NCBI RefSeq assembly: GCF_008831285.2
Contig: NC_045138.2
Location: 27,714,001 to 27,778,000, forward strand
Length of the DNA stretch: 64,000 bases
Source of the DNA: Nymphaea colorata
Taxonomy: Eukaryota
Reading direction: 5' to 3'
Shown here: in pieces, positions 13,996 to 27,142 of the stretch
Position numbering within the stretch: the first letter of the stretch is position 1
Layout: the number at the start of each line of letters is the position of its first letter
Notes under the pieces: model-generated
Told to the model about the DNA's origin: nothing
The model's database searches: none
What the model saw: the letters and a program-made list of their open reading frames with translations, nothing else
Program-made: the position numbers and the translations under genes

Positions 13996-16900
13996 AAGGA
14001 CAATCACTACGGGGGCATCACACAAGGAAGGTAGGGACTAATATTTTGGGGGGAAGCCATTCTGGATGAGCCTCAATGCATTGCGATCTAACATTTCTGG
14101 CACTTATTTTTTAATGGAACTTGATGAGAAGAGAGTAAAGAATGATCCGCACATAATTTTCACGAATGGTTTCACTGTCGCTCTTAATTTGCACCAGACT
14201 ATCACGCCATGACCGAGGACCAGAGAAATCGGCAACTCTATCTCCTTCCTTTCTTTCGATGCCAGCTGTTGTGCGGGAGACATTCTTATCAGACGAGGCG
14301 TTCAATCTGGAGAGCGACTTGTCGCTTCTCTTTGATTATCCGAGTAATTATTGGTGCTGTGTTTTTGCGGCGAAAATCTGAAACGTCACCATCTGCGAAT
14401 CCTCAGTGGATCCCGCCGCTGTACAGCTAGCCTTTGTCATTACTATACCCGATACGCGTCGTATCGGCCACAAATCGTAACGGTCTTGTACCATTTTTTT
14501 TTTAATAAGAAAAATGAAAAACAACCCGATACTGGATGATGGCATGATGCCATTTACACTATTTGATATAAACTTGGTGTCATCCCAAAAGCATCTAACT
14601 AAAGAATGTTGTGTAAGTGTATGCCAGACTGAAGCTCCGTTACGTAAATATAAAGGCGAATATACATATGAATGTAAGACTTAAGAATATGACCTCCCAA
14701 ATATAATGTCTATTATCGTCTCTCGGACGCATAAAATATTTAGGTGTTTGTATCAAGTTAAGATGTTTGATTTTGTCCTTTTTAAAAATCCTATTCATAT
14801 ATAAAAAATCAAGTTTTTTTATTGGTAGGCTTTTTGATGAATAAAATCTACTAGGTTAAATAGTGCGTGAAAATAACACAAGATCATACGAGAGATAGAC
14901 AAGACATGGTCATTATCCAAACCACCTCTTTCTACAATTTTGTGCTCTTTTTAACTAATCAAACTTTATATATTATGGCATAATTCATTTAGTTGAGCTA
15001 CCAATAAAGTACCTGATCATTAAATATCCCATGCCCAAGACTTAAATACTGGTCAATTTGCATGACATTTTGTCAAATAAACCAAAACATTGGTCGTAAA
15101 ATGACCAATAATCAACACATCATTGCAAGGAAAGTTCACGGTTTGCAATCTCTCTCTCTCTCTCTCTCCACAAATACAAACACATAGATATATACCGAGT
15201 AAGAAAGAGAGAACCCTTGAATTATTTGAGTTGAATTAATTTCCAAAATCTGTAACTTTATTTTTAAGAATCATGAGTTCGTGACCCACATGCATGCATG
15301 CACCGTTTCATGTATTGTAACAATATGGTTGGCGGATCAACCCATCCCCTAGCTTAAGTTTCAACCTAAAGAATGGTAGGAAACATGACAACGCATACGT
15401 GTTTGAGTGTGTGGGACCTTAGGTCTATGTATCGAATCGGCTTTGACGCCATTATAATGACCCGGTAGGCAGATCTCAACCCCCCTTTTAACTACTTCTA
15501 TTCCAGTATATATAACAATCATTCACTTAACAACTCTTCATAAATCTCTTGAGATTCTTTACATTTTTAGATACATAACTAAGCTTTTGTGGCATTACAT
15601 GTATCAAAAGGAAATTTGTTGACAATTGCTAAAGGTCCAGGTTGAGCATGTTCACTGGTGACCTTTAATCTTTATTTGTTTGCATTTTTTATCTTTAATC
15701 CATGAGATATAGTATGTAATACTGTGTTTATGAAGCATATATTAAGAAAACTGGAATAAGACGGTTGATATTGTTAGATGAATTATAGAAGCATGGGCTT
15801 TGGAGAGATACCTAGACGTGGGCTTGGTCAATTCGAAAGAATTCCTTCCATTCGGATAAATTTTTAAAAGAGAATGAATATGTTCTTTGGGAGGTTAATT
15901 AACAGAATAACCTCATTGTGGGGCAATGCATGTCACCCAAAATTAAAGTCAAACAATTATAGAAAATTAGCTGAACTTGAAGACTTGACAACTTTTTATT
16001 TCATGTAAAGATGGAAAGATTCTTGTCAGCATAATAACTGATCAAGTGGCATGCGAGACCATGGAACTTGCTTTTTGTATTAATTCCAAGCATATGAGAC
16101 TTAAGTAATGCAACTTGGGTGTGGATTAGGAGACCATCAAATTAAAAGGCATGTTGTTGCATGCAAGTTGGTTGCTTAGATTTTAATAATCTCAATTAAG
16201 TAAAACAAGTGGCACCAACACAATATTTAGTGCATGCCACGCGCATGAGAGTGTGTGTATGCGTGTGATTGTATGTAAGCATATGTGTGTGTGTGTGTGT
16301 GTACGTGCAGGTTATAATTAACGTAAATCATGCATGTAAATTGTTGATCATCTATCATGAGGCATGTTGTATGCAATGTTTCTCTATATGGTGTGTATGT
16401 GTATAATGCACAATCAAGTTAAACAGGGATGATGTGAATTGTTGATCATGCCACTGTAGGCATGTTCCCAATTTAAAATCCTTGGGACCTGAAAAACATG
16501 AATTTAAGGTAAGTTATTCCGCTCTCTAACATGAAATCTATCATTGTCTCAATACAAAAAAAGTAAAATAAGGATTTCAAGTGTTAAAGATATTTGTATA
16601 ATGAACCCTGGATCTGATCATAGATTTTTTGTCACATCGACAAAAATATATCACATCATGCCCACATCAAATCCTTGATTTCAAATCTAAAATAATCAAA
16701 CGATCCATTGTACATTCATTTTCATAGATGGGGGGAAGACAAATTGACTGAGAAGCACCGTTTGGTCATAATTTTCAAAGAAGCCTTTGGTTTTTTTTTT
16801 TGCTTGTTTTGAAATAATCCACACCTTTTGTCATTTGTCTCAAAATCAAAGCCTTGTCATTTGTCGCTTTTTACTTTTCTTAAAACTCAAGTCCAGAAAA

Positions 16901-18058
16901 GCATAGTCTTTCATTCTACTGTTCAAAGGAGATGTGAAACTTTCACCTAAACCCTTATCTCGATATGATACATGACATATGTTTGGAGCTTTGTGCTTTG
17001 GCGTGCTACCTCTGCTGTATTTTAACTTGCATGTAAGTAACCTTTATTTGTAGTACAGAAAGTTAATGTCCAAAAAAATTTGCAACCAAAATTGAGAGCG
17101 TACCAACCCTTACTTTGGCTATCATGCCAACACCCCTTAAAAACTCTTATTTTTTAAAATAAAAATAAAAATCTATTATTATCTTTTAAAATAAGGAAAA
17201 TAAAGAGCTCAATTTTGAATTTAGCAAGTAGAACCCCAATTCAATCACCCCAACACTGCTCCCCAAACCACTCATATAGGTGCAATATTGTCTGAAGGTA
17301 ATTAATAAGCTAAAGCATGAGGAGGCAGTCAGGAATTAGAAAAAGAATTGGCGGTCTCCCCAGAAAAACATACTGCAACTTTATAAGCGATACAGCTGCT
17401 TAGCAAGTTAAATGATTTCCTCTTAAAAAAATATATAATCTCTTGATTACGAGGGTTTAGAAAACTCTAATGGCTGACAAGCGGACGGAAATATTTTATT
17501 GGAGTATCACTTCACAAGTATAAGGGACTAAACAAGTTCAGCATTAGGATATGCGCATCCCTTTTAGAAAAACTTGCTTATGAATCCCTCGCCACCCGCT
17601 TAGACTTGATATGACACCACTTCTTAGTGGAAAGTGAATATTGAACACCACAATTACAAGTTCACCAAGAAATTCGCATTGTTAGTGAATAACAGCATTC
17701 ATATATATATATAGAGAGAGAGAGAGAGGGAAAAAAATACTGGTATGTGATAAACACTTAGATGCTAAATAGATAAGAACATTGTAGACCTTTAATTTTT
17801 TGCAGATTGATGGTTAAAAGAAAAATAACTAGAAAAATGTATGAACTAGATCATGAAAAATGCTTCTTCACATTTTTTCATTTATCAAAGATCACCAGTT
17901 GAGAACGAAAGAAGGTGAAAAGGATTTTCATAAGTAACATACGTAATTTTGAGACCTAATGGTTTTCAAGTAGTATTGGTCATGACGAAGAAAGAAGAAG
18001 GTTGATGCTGGTTCTTGTTGCCTTCTTAGATGCTAATGAAGTGTAAATGAGGACCGTT

Positions 18059-18090
<32 letters not shown>

Positions 18091-18248
18091 GTCACTTTGG
18101 TTATATAGATTCATTTAGATCACTCATAAAAACTGTTCAATCTATCATGATAAATGGTTGAGAGAAAACAATGAACAAAAAAATATGATTAATTCACATT
18201 TTTTTTGTTTTGTTTCTCTCAACGGCCATGTATTAGATGACCTTCATG

Positions 18249-18425
18249 CAGGGGTAGACCCAAAAAATATTGGCTAAGGGGCACCAAATATAAAATTTTA
18301 AATTTTAAGAGGCACTAACATGTAAATAAAAAAAATCACTCAAAAATATAAATACAAAATTAAGAAAATTTTAGGCTTGGTGTGGGCAACTGCTCACAGG
18401 TAGCCCACACCTCCGGGCCGCCCTG
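18249..18425. mobile_element. hAT-type MITE (177 bp)
   Basis: TIRs CAGGGGTAGACCC / GGGCCGCCCTG. 8-bp TSD CCTTCATG (18241-18248) / CCTTCACG (18426-18433), one mismatch. Confidence 0.7.
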
Positions 18426-19543
18426 CCTTCACGAGTGAGTCAACTTACTATCTAGAGTCATTATTCTCTCTTTCTCTCTCTCTATCTCTCTGATGTAGAA
18501 ATATATATAGTTTGGAGGAGAAAGTTGCATTATCAACTTCATCTGCCGACTGCCATGCAGTGTTCGTGCCACAGATGCCCTACAATATCAGTAAGAATGA
18601 GAAAAGCGGGAAAACAGTTCTCATCACCAAGGGCACATTGTTTTCAAAAAAAGTGTCTACTCAAAGGTGCAAGTTACATCAACGCAATCTGATCATTTCC
18701 ATTTTCCATTTCTGGTCTCAACATCCACTGCCAATTTCTTCCCACTTAAGAAAATATGACTTGGGGTAATCTCCACCTTGTGACAAGAACATCTTTTTCG
18801 GTCTTCGCACTCGTATTTTTTTTTATTATCACTTTTTGGACCTAATGGGTTCCAGAAGTGGCTTCTCCAGATATGAAGAGTCGTTTTTGTTGGCTTAAGT
18901 TACACCCACTTTAAGTTTATTGTGCGGTTTATGTATTTCTTGGAAAACCTGCATACAGGCCCATTTACAAACTTCAACTCGTTTACTATTAAACAGTATA
19001 CTTACCACATTTGTAAGGCCAATTCTAGAGAGAGAAAGAGAGAGAGGTACATAATTTAAATTAGATATATTATTAAACAAAGTCTACAAATCACATTTGT
19101 AAGGTCAATTCTAGAGAGAGAGAGAGAAAGGTACATATATAATTCAAAATTAGCTATGTTGCTGCAATCACCGGTTATTGAAGCGACCAGAACAACCTTC
19201 AAGCAGGGATTTCTTTAAATTGCATTGGTTTTGGGTTGGATGACTCTTTCGCTTTAAAGATAAATAAAAAGTCAAACGTGTTATTAAAAAAATGTTAGGA
19301 TTATGAATTTAGAAACGTAAATAAATTAACATTGTTTTTATCATTTTCAATCTACCGAAGGTTATTTGAACCCTGGGAAAGCCTAGGGATGCTCTTTTTG
19401 GGCGGTGGGTTGTTGGCTTCTCGCTTACCTGAAGCCAATTGAATGTTATTTAATTTAATTTACATTAAATCTAAATATTTTAAATTTTACTATTGTCATA
19501 CTTTATACAAGTATGTTGCATGATATGCGTTCTGGATTACCTA

Positions 19544-19847
19544 GGGCCCGTTTGAATACGTGAAACTTTACATCAAATTAGTGGAAAGTTCCAGCTGTCG
19601 ACAAACACGGAGTTTTGGAGGCATTATGGGACTTTAGTACATGCATTAAAATGCAACTTAAACATGTGGAACTTGGGGCTATTTGGAAATATGGATATTA
19701 TGTTAGTGTCTTGTATGTCTAACTGAAAAGCTGGTAGATTTATTAGAGAAATTAACAAGTGTTATATGAATCTGTTTTATTTTTTTTGAGGCAGATGCAT
19801 AAAACGTAACATACTGAGTATTTAGTTCCATGTATTCAAATGCAACT
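19544..19847. mobile_element. Possible PIF/Harbinger (Tourist-like) MITE
   Basis: Left end GGGCCCGTTTGAATACGTGAAACT pairs imperfectly with right end AGTTCCATGTATTCAAATGCAACT. No clean TSD. Confidence 0.4.
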
Positions 19848-20649
19848 TCATTAAAATAGTAAATGCAAGCAACGTGAGTCTAGCAAGATTAAGTGGTTCA
19901 TAGGGATCTGGATCCGTGATTGCTACGGCCAGGTGCACCTAGATTGATATGGCCAGGTTCGTACGTATGATATTTCGATCATCTTTTTTGGGAAAAAGGG
20001 CAGCTGCTGATGTCAAACATGGCCTGAACTAGTTGCTTTTCTAGTAAGGCAATGGTATCATTGGCCTACCCACACTGTTCACACCGGCTCTTTAATTTTT
20101 TTTTTTTTTTTTTGCATCCACAAAGTTAATGTTACTTTTATACATATATAAATAAATGCTCTTTTAGATATAAATATTTCTTAATAGGTGCCCCTCCAAT
20201 TAACTTTTTTGCCTTCTCCACTCAATTGTATAATCCACTTCCCAGTCGAGGTGGATATAATTTCCTTTGTTTCTTCCTGATTTTTGTTTATGATTCTCGT
20301 TTACCAAGAGGGCTTTATTTACCTAGGTTGCTAAAGCTTCTGGAATAAATTAAAAATTGTTGCAGACAACATATAAAGGGTCCTAACTCGTGTGTGTGTG
20401 TGAGAAAATTGGTATACTTCCCAAACCGCTTAGACTAGGAACATGAACCATATATAAATTCTTGTTAAAAAATATTTTAAACGACATGTAAAGATTCTAA
20501 TGTGTTTATGTACTTCAATATAAAATACGTCTTATTTCACGCCGTTTTTAAGAAAAACATTGATTTTTCTACTATTGAAAATTTTGATGTCATAAGTGTT
20601 TCATTTTTTTTATTACTATAGAAATATGTTAATTCAAAAAATTGACTTA

Positions 20650-20651
<2 letters not shown>

Positions 20652-20731
<80 letters not shown>
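20652..20731. repeat. Compound microsatellite (AT)n(AG)n
   Basis: Read directly from the sequence. Confidence 0.95.
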
Positions 20732-20736
<5 letters not shown>

Positions 20737-21247
20737 TGCATATAAAATGCAGTTTAGATCCTAAAATCCAAATTGTCAAGACTTGGAACGGCGTAGCTCC
20801 GGCCGATGTGACCAACAACTTATAAACCAATAATTGAATAACTTTTCGAGAAAAAGAAGACCTAATTTGAGGTAAGGTATTTGCATTCTTTACGTTTTCA
20901 GGTAGGCACTCCTCATAACCATCTATAAACAAAACACATAAATACAATGTCAACATTTCCTTTTTTTTTCTGACCAAATTGGTGCATTCAATTTCGTATC
21001 TTCAAAATTCAGGCTACCCAACAACCATGATGCGATTGGCCGCCCCTTTCCCGGCCCAACCAAAAACCCTTCAAATCATTGGCCATCCTTTTTCTCACAC
21101 CTGCACATGACATCCCAAGTCCATCGAACCATTCAAAAGCCATGAACCCTCGGCATTGCCTTTTGTCACAAAGCCCAGCGAGAAAATATCCACACAAAAA
21201 AAACCATGTCCAACCAATCCTTCTCCTTCTCTGCTTCGGCCTCATCA

Positions 21248-21255
21248 TATATAAG
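21248..21255 (+). promoter_or_regulatory. Candidate TATA box of the MYB-related gene
   Basis: TATATAAG about 75 nt upstream of the ATG at 21326, followed by a pyrimidine-rich leader. Confidence 0.5.
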
Positions 21256-21325
21256 CAAACCCCTTCTCCTTCCCTATCCAACTTGACTTTCTCTGTCGGT
21301 GGGTGCTGTGGATGTTTGGGTGAGA

Positions 21326-22651
21326 ATGGTCAGGAAGTGCTCGCATTGTGGGAACAATGGCCATAATTCTAGGACTTGTGGTAATCACAGAGGGGGTGGG
21401 TTGAGGTTGTTTGGAGTTCAGTTGCAGGTGGCTCCTCCAATGAGGAAGAGCCTTAGCATGGAGGTGTTGCCGTCACCTTCTCATACGATTTCTGTGGAGG
21501 ACAACCATGGAAGTGGTGATAATGGCTATCTATCTGATGGTCTTGTGCATTCGTGTAGCAGAGCTCATGAAAGGAAGAAGGGTGAGTGACAAAATTCTGT
21601 TCTTTTTTTTTGCTTTATTCTTGCATTTTTTCTCCTTTTTATCATCAATATTCTCTTTGGTAATTGCTGGGCTCACAATTAGTCTTCCTTTCCTCATTCC
21701 CTTTTCACTTTTTCTTCCGATTGGAGATGCCTGGCTGGATTCATGCCAAGTGTTGCAGTTGGGTCCTGTTTCGGGGGTGCTGTGTTTCTCTTTTCTTCTT
21801 GAGTAGGAAATTTATGCTAAGTTGATCAGAAACACGAGGGCCGCTTGATATTTGCATCTGTTTCGTGTGCTAACTTGGTTTTTCATTTGCATCTTGTTCA
21901 TCAGGGTTTTCTTTTTACTCGCACTTTTTGGCCTTTTGGGCGTTGCCTAATATCTTACGTGTTTTCTTAGGAGTTCCGTGGACTGAGGAAGAACATAGGA
22001 CGTTTCTAGCTGGGCTGGAGAAGCTTGGGAAAGGTGACTGGAGAGGAATATCTAGGAATTACGTGACTACCAGGACTCCCACTCAGGTGGCAAGTCACGC
22101 CCAGAAGTACTTTCTTAGACAAGCTAGCATTAACAAGAAGAAACGCCGATCGAGCCTCTTCGACATGGTGATTTCCTGAACCAATCCAATTTTCATTGCG
22201 TCGCCTACAATCTCAGGATTTACCATGGAATATGGATTTTCTGTAAACCACTTTGTTGCAGGTCGGAGGTAGTGGCAGTGCTCATGAAGACTCCATTAGC
22301 GATGCTTTGGAGATGGACAACGCTCAAATCTGCTCGTGCAATTTACCTGATCCTACTCTGTCTCTTAGTAGAATTTCCCCTGGAATTCTTGACGATGCGC
22401 ATCTGATCAATCTTAACAAGGCAGAAAAAGCAGAACCCATGTCGGAAGTCGACCTGAAAATTAGTGGCGTTTCTTGTGATCATGTGACTTCTAGTTCTAG
22501 TTGCTCATCACAGGAACCACTTGGTTCATCTCCGGGATTGAGTCGTCAATCCTCGACCTTGCCTACACCTCTACAACCACCTGATCTGGAACTCACCATT
22601 GCTTTTCCTCCCCTACTGATCAAAGCAAATCGCCACCCAATACCCTGCTAA
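21326..22651 (+). CDS. MYB-related (1R, SHAQKYF class) transcription factor with N-terminal CCHC zinc knuckle; MYBS3/KUA1/MYBH-like clade
   Basis: Exons 21326-21581, 21971-22167, 22262-22651. Motifs: [22 protein letters not shown] repression motif, [26 protein letters not shown]...[29 protein letters not shown]. The C-terminus is possibly frameshifted (see findings). Confidence 0.93.
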
Positions 22652-24844
22652 TAGGAGCCATAAGCGTGAGCAGATTAGAGAATGGTCAATGTACACTGAT
22701 TTCTAATATGCTGTTGGCGTCTAATGCAGTTCAGAGCGTATGCAGGGACACCTTATGCTGCTGTTTGCTGGTAGAATTTATCTGTTATATATATATATAT
22801 ATATATATATATCAACTTAGAAAGGACATTAATTTCCTGTACTTCTGCTTCAGCCTGTGTTAGAGAGGCAGAGGCGGTCAAAACTCAATAGGCAAATCTT
22901 CATACGTCCGTCATCAGCATCTGTTTCTATGCTATAATGACTGTAATATCGTGTCCTGTATCAATATGATATTGCCTTTCCTTTCTTTTGATTGTGTGGA
23001 TATTTTCGTCTTCTGCGCGGTGGTGTGCCACACTTCCTATTTCGACGTTGAGAGAAAGGGGAAAGAATGCTGATTGTAAGAGCTTGGGAGCAGAGTGCAA
23101 AGGATGAAAAGGTCATGTGCCTTCTAACTTGTTAAATTAACTTGTGTTCCATTCCGTTTCTTAAATATATTTAAAAACACGCATGAAGCCCAGAAAAATG
23201 TAATTTTCATGCACTATGCAGGGGTTTTGGTGTATTTCATAAGTAGATTCGTGGAACAATAAGTTACTGTTTCCTGTCACCAAATAACCCCTGCATGTTG
23301 CAAGTTTTCGCGTGCAAGGACTGAACATGCCTGGCTAAAAGGTAGGCTTAAACTTTGAATTTGGAAAAAGGAAAGAGACCAAGAAGAGAGGATTTCCATT
23401 TGTAAGCATCTCATCAATGACATTGCATGGAGAACTCCTTAAAGCAAGGTTCTGCGCATGATATTTTATGAATAAAGAACAGTATGTTGCACCTTGATTC
23501 TTCACGACAAGCTTGCACTCATGCACCCACGAAAAAAGCTGGCTACACTTGTTAGTGTTGAGTCTTCTAGTAATATATATCGAAATGCAGATCTTAGGAA
23601 ATGAGTCTCGTTGAATAGGATCACAGGTCAGATTGGTCAAACGGGTTACACCTAATTTACAACTATAGCGTCATTCTTCAGATGTTGACATGGAAAGCCT
23701 GTTTCAGTCACTCATAAGTCATAAGAGCAGCCATAGAAACCTACAAAGTCCTCCCAATACCAATAGATAAGCCCAAACTTGGCTGGTGCAAGGAATAGGA
23801 CCTATGGAAAAGGTACCCCACATGCGCGCCCCAGATAGCTTCGCGATCATGCACAAACGTTCTGCTGAAGGGTGACATAACCACATACACGTATCATCCG
23901 ATCCGCCTGGAAACCTGTATGTTGATTTCAAAAAGTGGGCGACCAAAACCTGGGACAGGTAATCAGCAGCGGTGCGTTCAAGTTCCATCTCATCTCATGT
24001 AGAATCATTGTCTGGGTTGTGATGTGTTGGAATCCTATACAGCCTCAGTCTATTGAACTTCTGTCACTTTCATCAGAGACGGGGAATCCATGCGTGCCGG
24101 CCTCCGTCGAGTCTGTCATCCGGAATATAGAAAAAGGGGATTTCGATCAGGCTCTTCTTGGTTAGATCAGAATCAATCTTAGACTCTCTGCGACACTGCC
24201 GTGCTGCAATCAAGATCAAAACTGCTTCGAACTCCCAAGTAAAAGTATTGCTCAACTTTCGATATAGCCGAGAACAGGAGATCACCTAAACCAATAGGAG
24301 GAAAGGATGACTAGAGAACAAGGGACGAAATTCTTTCAGGAGAGAAACTGAATTGCACTAGGAAAAAAAAAAGAAACAAAGAAACAAAGATTGAACAGTG
24401 CAAAAATGGTTGAAGGACAAAATATTCCTGGTTCCTCGTATAATAGCCACAAGATTTCTTATGCTACAATATCGATCAAGCAGTGAATTTTCTATTAAGT
24501 GACCCCCAAAAACAAAGAAAAGAAATTAAAATACCCCAAAAAAATTAAGATCAAACAAAATACAAAAAGATATTTTACAAAAAAAAAATTGCCAAAGGTT
24601 GGGCTGCCATGCCAACCCATGGAAGAGAATCCAAACGCCTTGGGCCCTCGTCTTCTTGAGATCCCCACGTGGGTGGCTCATAGTGTATGCCCTGGAGAAG
24701 ATGAGAACGGAAGAACCACCACCACTACAAATGCAGTCGCAACTCTCTCCATCTGATGCTTTGATGACCTTCCTCATGACAGGGTTGTGAGGCACAACAG
24801 TTGAGGGAATTCTTCTTTCTTAAAGTTCAATTTTCCTCTTATCG

Positions 24845-27101
24845 TCATGAATCATGAGTTTCTTGGACCAACAGTGTGATGCGCTTAGCACTATCCGCAC
24901 GAATGCTCTCACCTTTAAATCCCATCTGGAGTTGAATCCACAATTAACGGCATGAAAAAACTCGTGGAAAGGAGCATGAGGGAGAAGAATACGAACAAAG
25001 CAATGCATGGAGACCATACCTCGCTTGGATTGTCAGGTGAGAACCACCTCAGAAGAACTCCTAAGTGTACAACAGCAGGTATCAACTTGAAAAGCAATGG
25101 CGTTGTAACCTGAACCATTTCTTTTTATGAGCTATCAGACAGGAACAAATCAAGAGCATATATGGAAAAGACAAGTCAAATTAATCACCAAACTAAGAGC
25201 TGTTGTGCCCAGAAGCAGCAGGTACACTTTACCCTGTCAAAGTGAAGAAAGGTTCATTATCTTGGAAATTTTTATAATTAACATCCTGTCATGATAAGGA
25301 AAGGAAGCAAAGAGCATCCCCAACATTACAACACAAACACACTATAACCAGTAGAAGGAAAAAACATGAAATGGACCTTCGTTCTCTCTCTCTCTCTCTC
25401 TTTTCTTAATTTTACAGTAAGTCACATGGTTATGGCCAAATGGCTGCCATGTCCATGTCAACACTCCAACATGTGGACGCTGGTATTACAACACACTGGG
25501 ATGCGTTTTAAAAAAAACATTATTTTTTGCATTTTTCATACTAATTTTGAAGTTTTGAACATTATCTTTGCATATAAATTTTCCAAAATGTATTTTTTCA
25601 CTGTTTTGCATTTTTTTCCTATTGTGTATCAATTTTTCATATTTTTCGTGGACTCATTTACACACACATATGTATTATTTATACCTCACTGTATCCCTAT
25701 ATCCGCAAATTTTAGAATTGCTGTGTCCATACCCCCCCAATACTTGCACCTGTACCAGTATCACTTAGATTTTACATTTAATATCACAATGCTTGTTGAG
25801 AGCTGTTGTCACTTGCTCAGGTCAAGAGTGTGTAAAATCGTGTGGCTCTTTGCCCCTGCCCCCAGAATAAGGACCTAAACTTTGGTTTAAGGACCAATTC
25901 TTTTGGCTTATGCAGGGGTGAGCACCCATGGAGTTCAAGCCCTTGATTGCCCAAACAGCGGTGATGGCCTGCTCCACTATGACACACCTCCTCAAGGCTC
26001 ACACATTCCAGATTAATCATCATTACTATTTTCCTTTTTCTTGTCTCGTAAGAACGATAGGACTAACAAGCGTTTGACATTTCATTCAGTTGGCCTTCAA
26101 TATCTAACCAAAAACTAACACTGGAGTTCCAATGCAAACCTCAATAAGGTGAAGATTGGAAGCACGACTAAGCAGCACAAAAGCAAACTCTCCAATTTGC
26201 GCTAAAGACATGCCAACCTGCATGATCAAACCAAAGGTTTTAGCCTCCCAAAATAAAGGTAAATAGGAGCACAGAACAATGAAGTTATGAAGACAAAGAA
26301 TTAATGAACTCACCAGAAAAGCAGTTCTGTTGCTGTAGCCAAATCCTTTGACTACTAAAGCGACAACTACTGTTTTTATGATTATTACCAAAATGACAGC
26401 TGCTAACAAAATGTCCACATGATTCCACAGGAACTGGACATGAATCAGCATTCCAATACTCGCGAGAAATAAAGCAGCAAAAAAGTTGCGGATGGGTTCA
26501 ACCTATAAGTGTAATCAGAAATTATAAATGAGCGAGTGGAAAGACAAAAAATGTGGCAACTATACCAAAAAAAGTGTCCTACTCTAAGGATTAATGAATC
26601 CATATAAGCTCCTACGAAGTTTGTGTCTTGTCTAAGTTTTCTTTATTTTTTTATTCAGATTGAAAACAAAACAAGAAAATAAAATATTGAAATTTGCTTC
26701 ATACAAAAATCAGCTGCATTGTAGAATGGAAGTGCCTTCATCCTGTGATTTTGAGTTATAAAGCAAGCAGGGCAATAAAATGAATGGTTGATGAACTGCT
26801 TAATAGTATAACATCTTTATTTAGGTCTGCCCTATTGATGGGAGGCATGAAAGATTTAAATAAATGCAATTAATAGTTATTTTTCTGAGGCAATCGAGAG
26901 GCATTGGTTAAATGATCGCTTGAGGTGGAGCTGAAAGAGTAGAAAACGGATTATCCAAAAAGGCTACAAAAACATGGCAACTTTCTAGGTGAAGATTCTC
27001 TCTATGAAGATAATATAGAGCAAATGAGCTTCTGATGGTGTTCTCAAGCCAAGAAGCCAAGTCCTTCATTCTACTGGTTCTTCAAATAATCAAAAGGAAC
27101 T

Positions 27102-27142
<41 letters not shown>

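Noticed and set aside
20537..20977. 146-aa minus-strand ORF, and similar ORFs at 44844-45223
   Set aside because: Open only because they run through (AT)n/(AG)n microsatellites (LSLS/YIYI); no protein features.
24526..24795. ORF just downstream of the KEA stop as a separate small gene
   Set aside because: No recognisable motif or splice support; position is consistent with the KEA 3' UTR.
25366..25878. 170-aa plus-strand ORF in a KEA intron
   Set aside because: Low-complexity F/I-rich translation of a T-rich MITE plus (CT)n; antisense to KEA.
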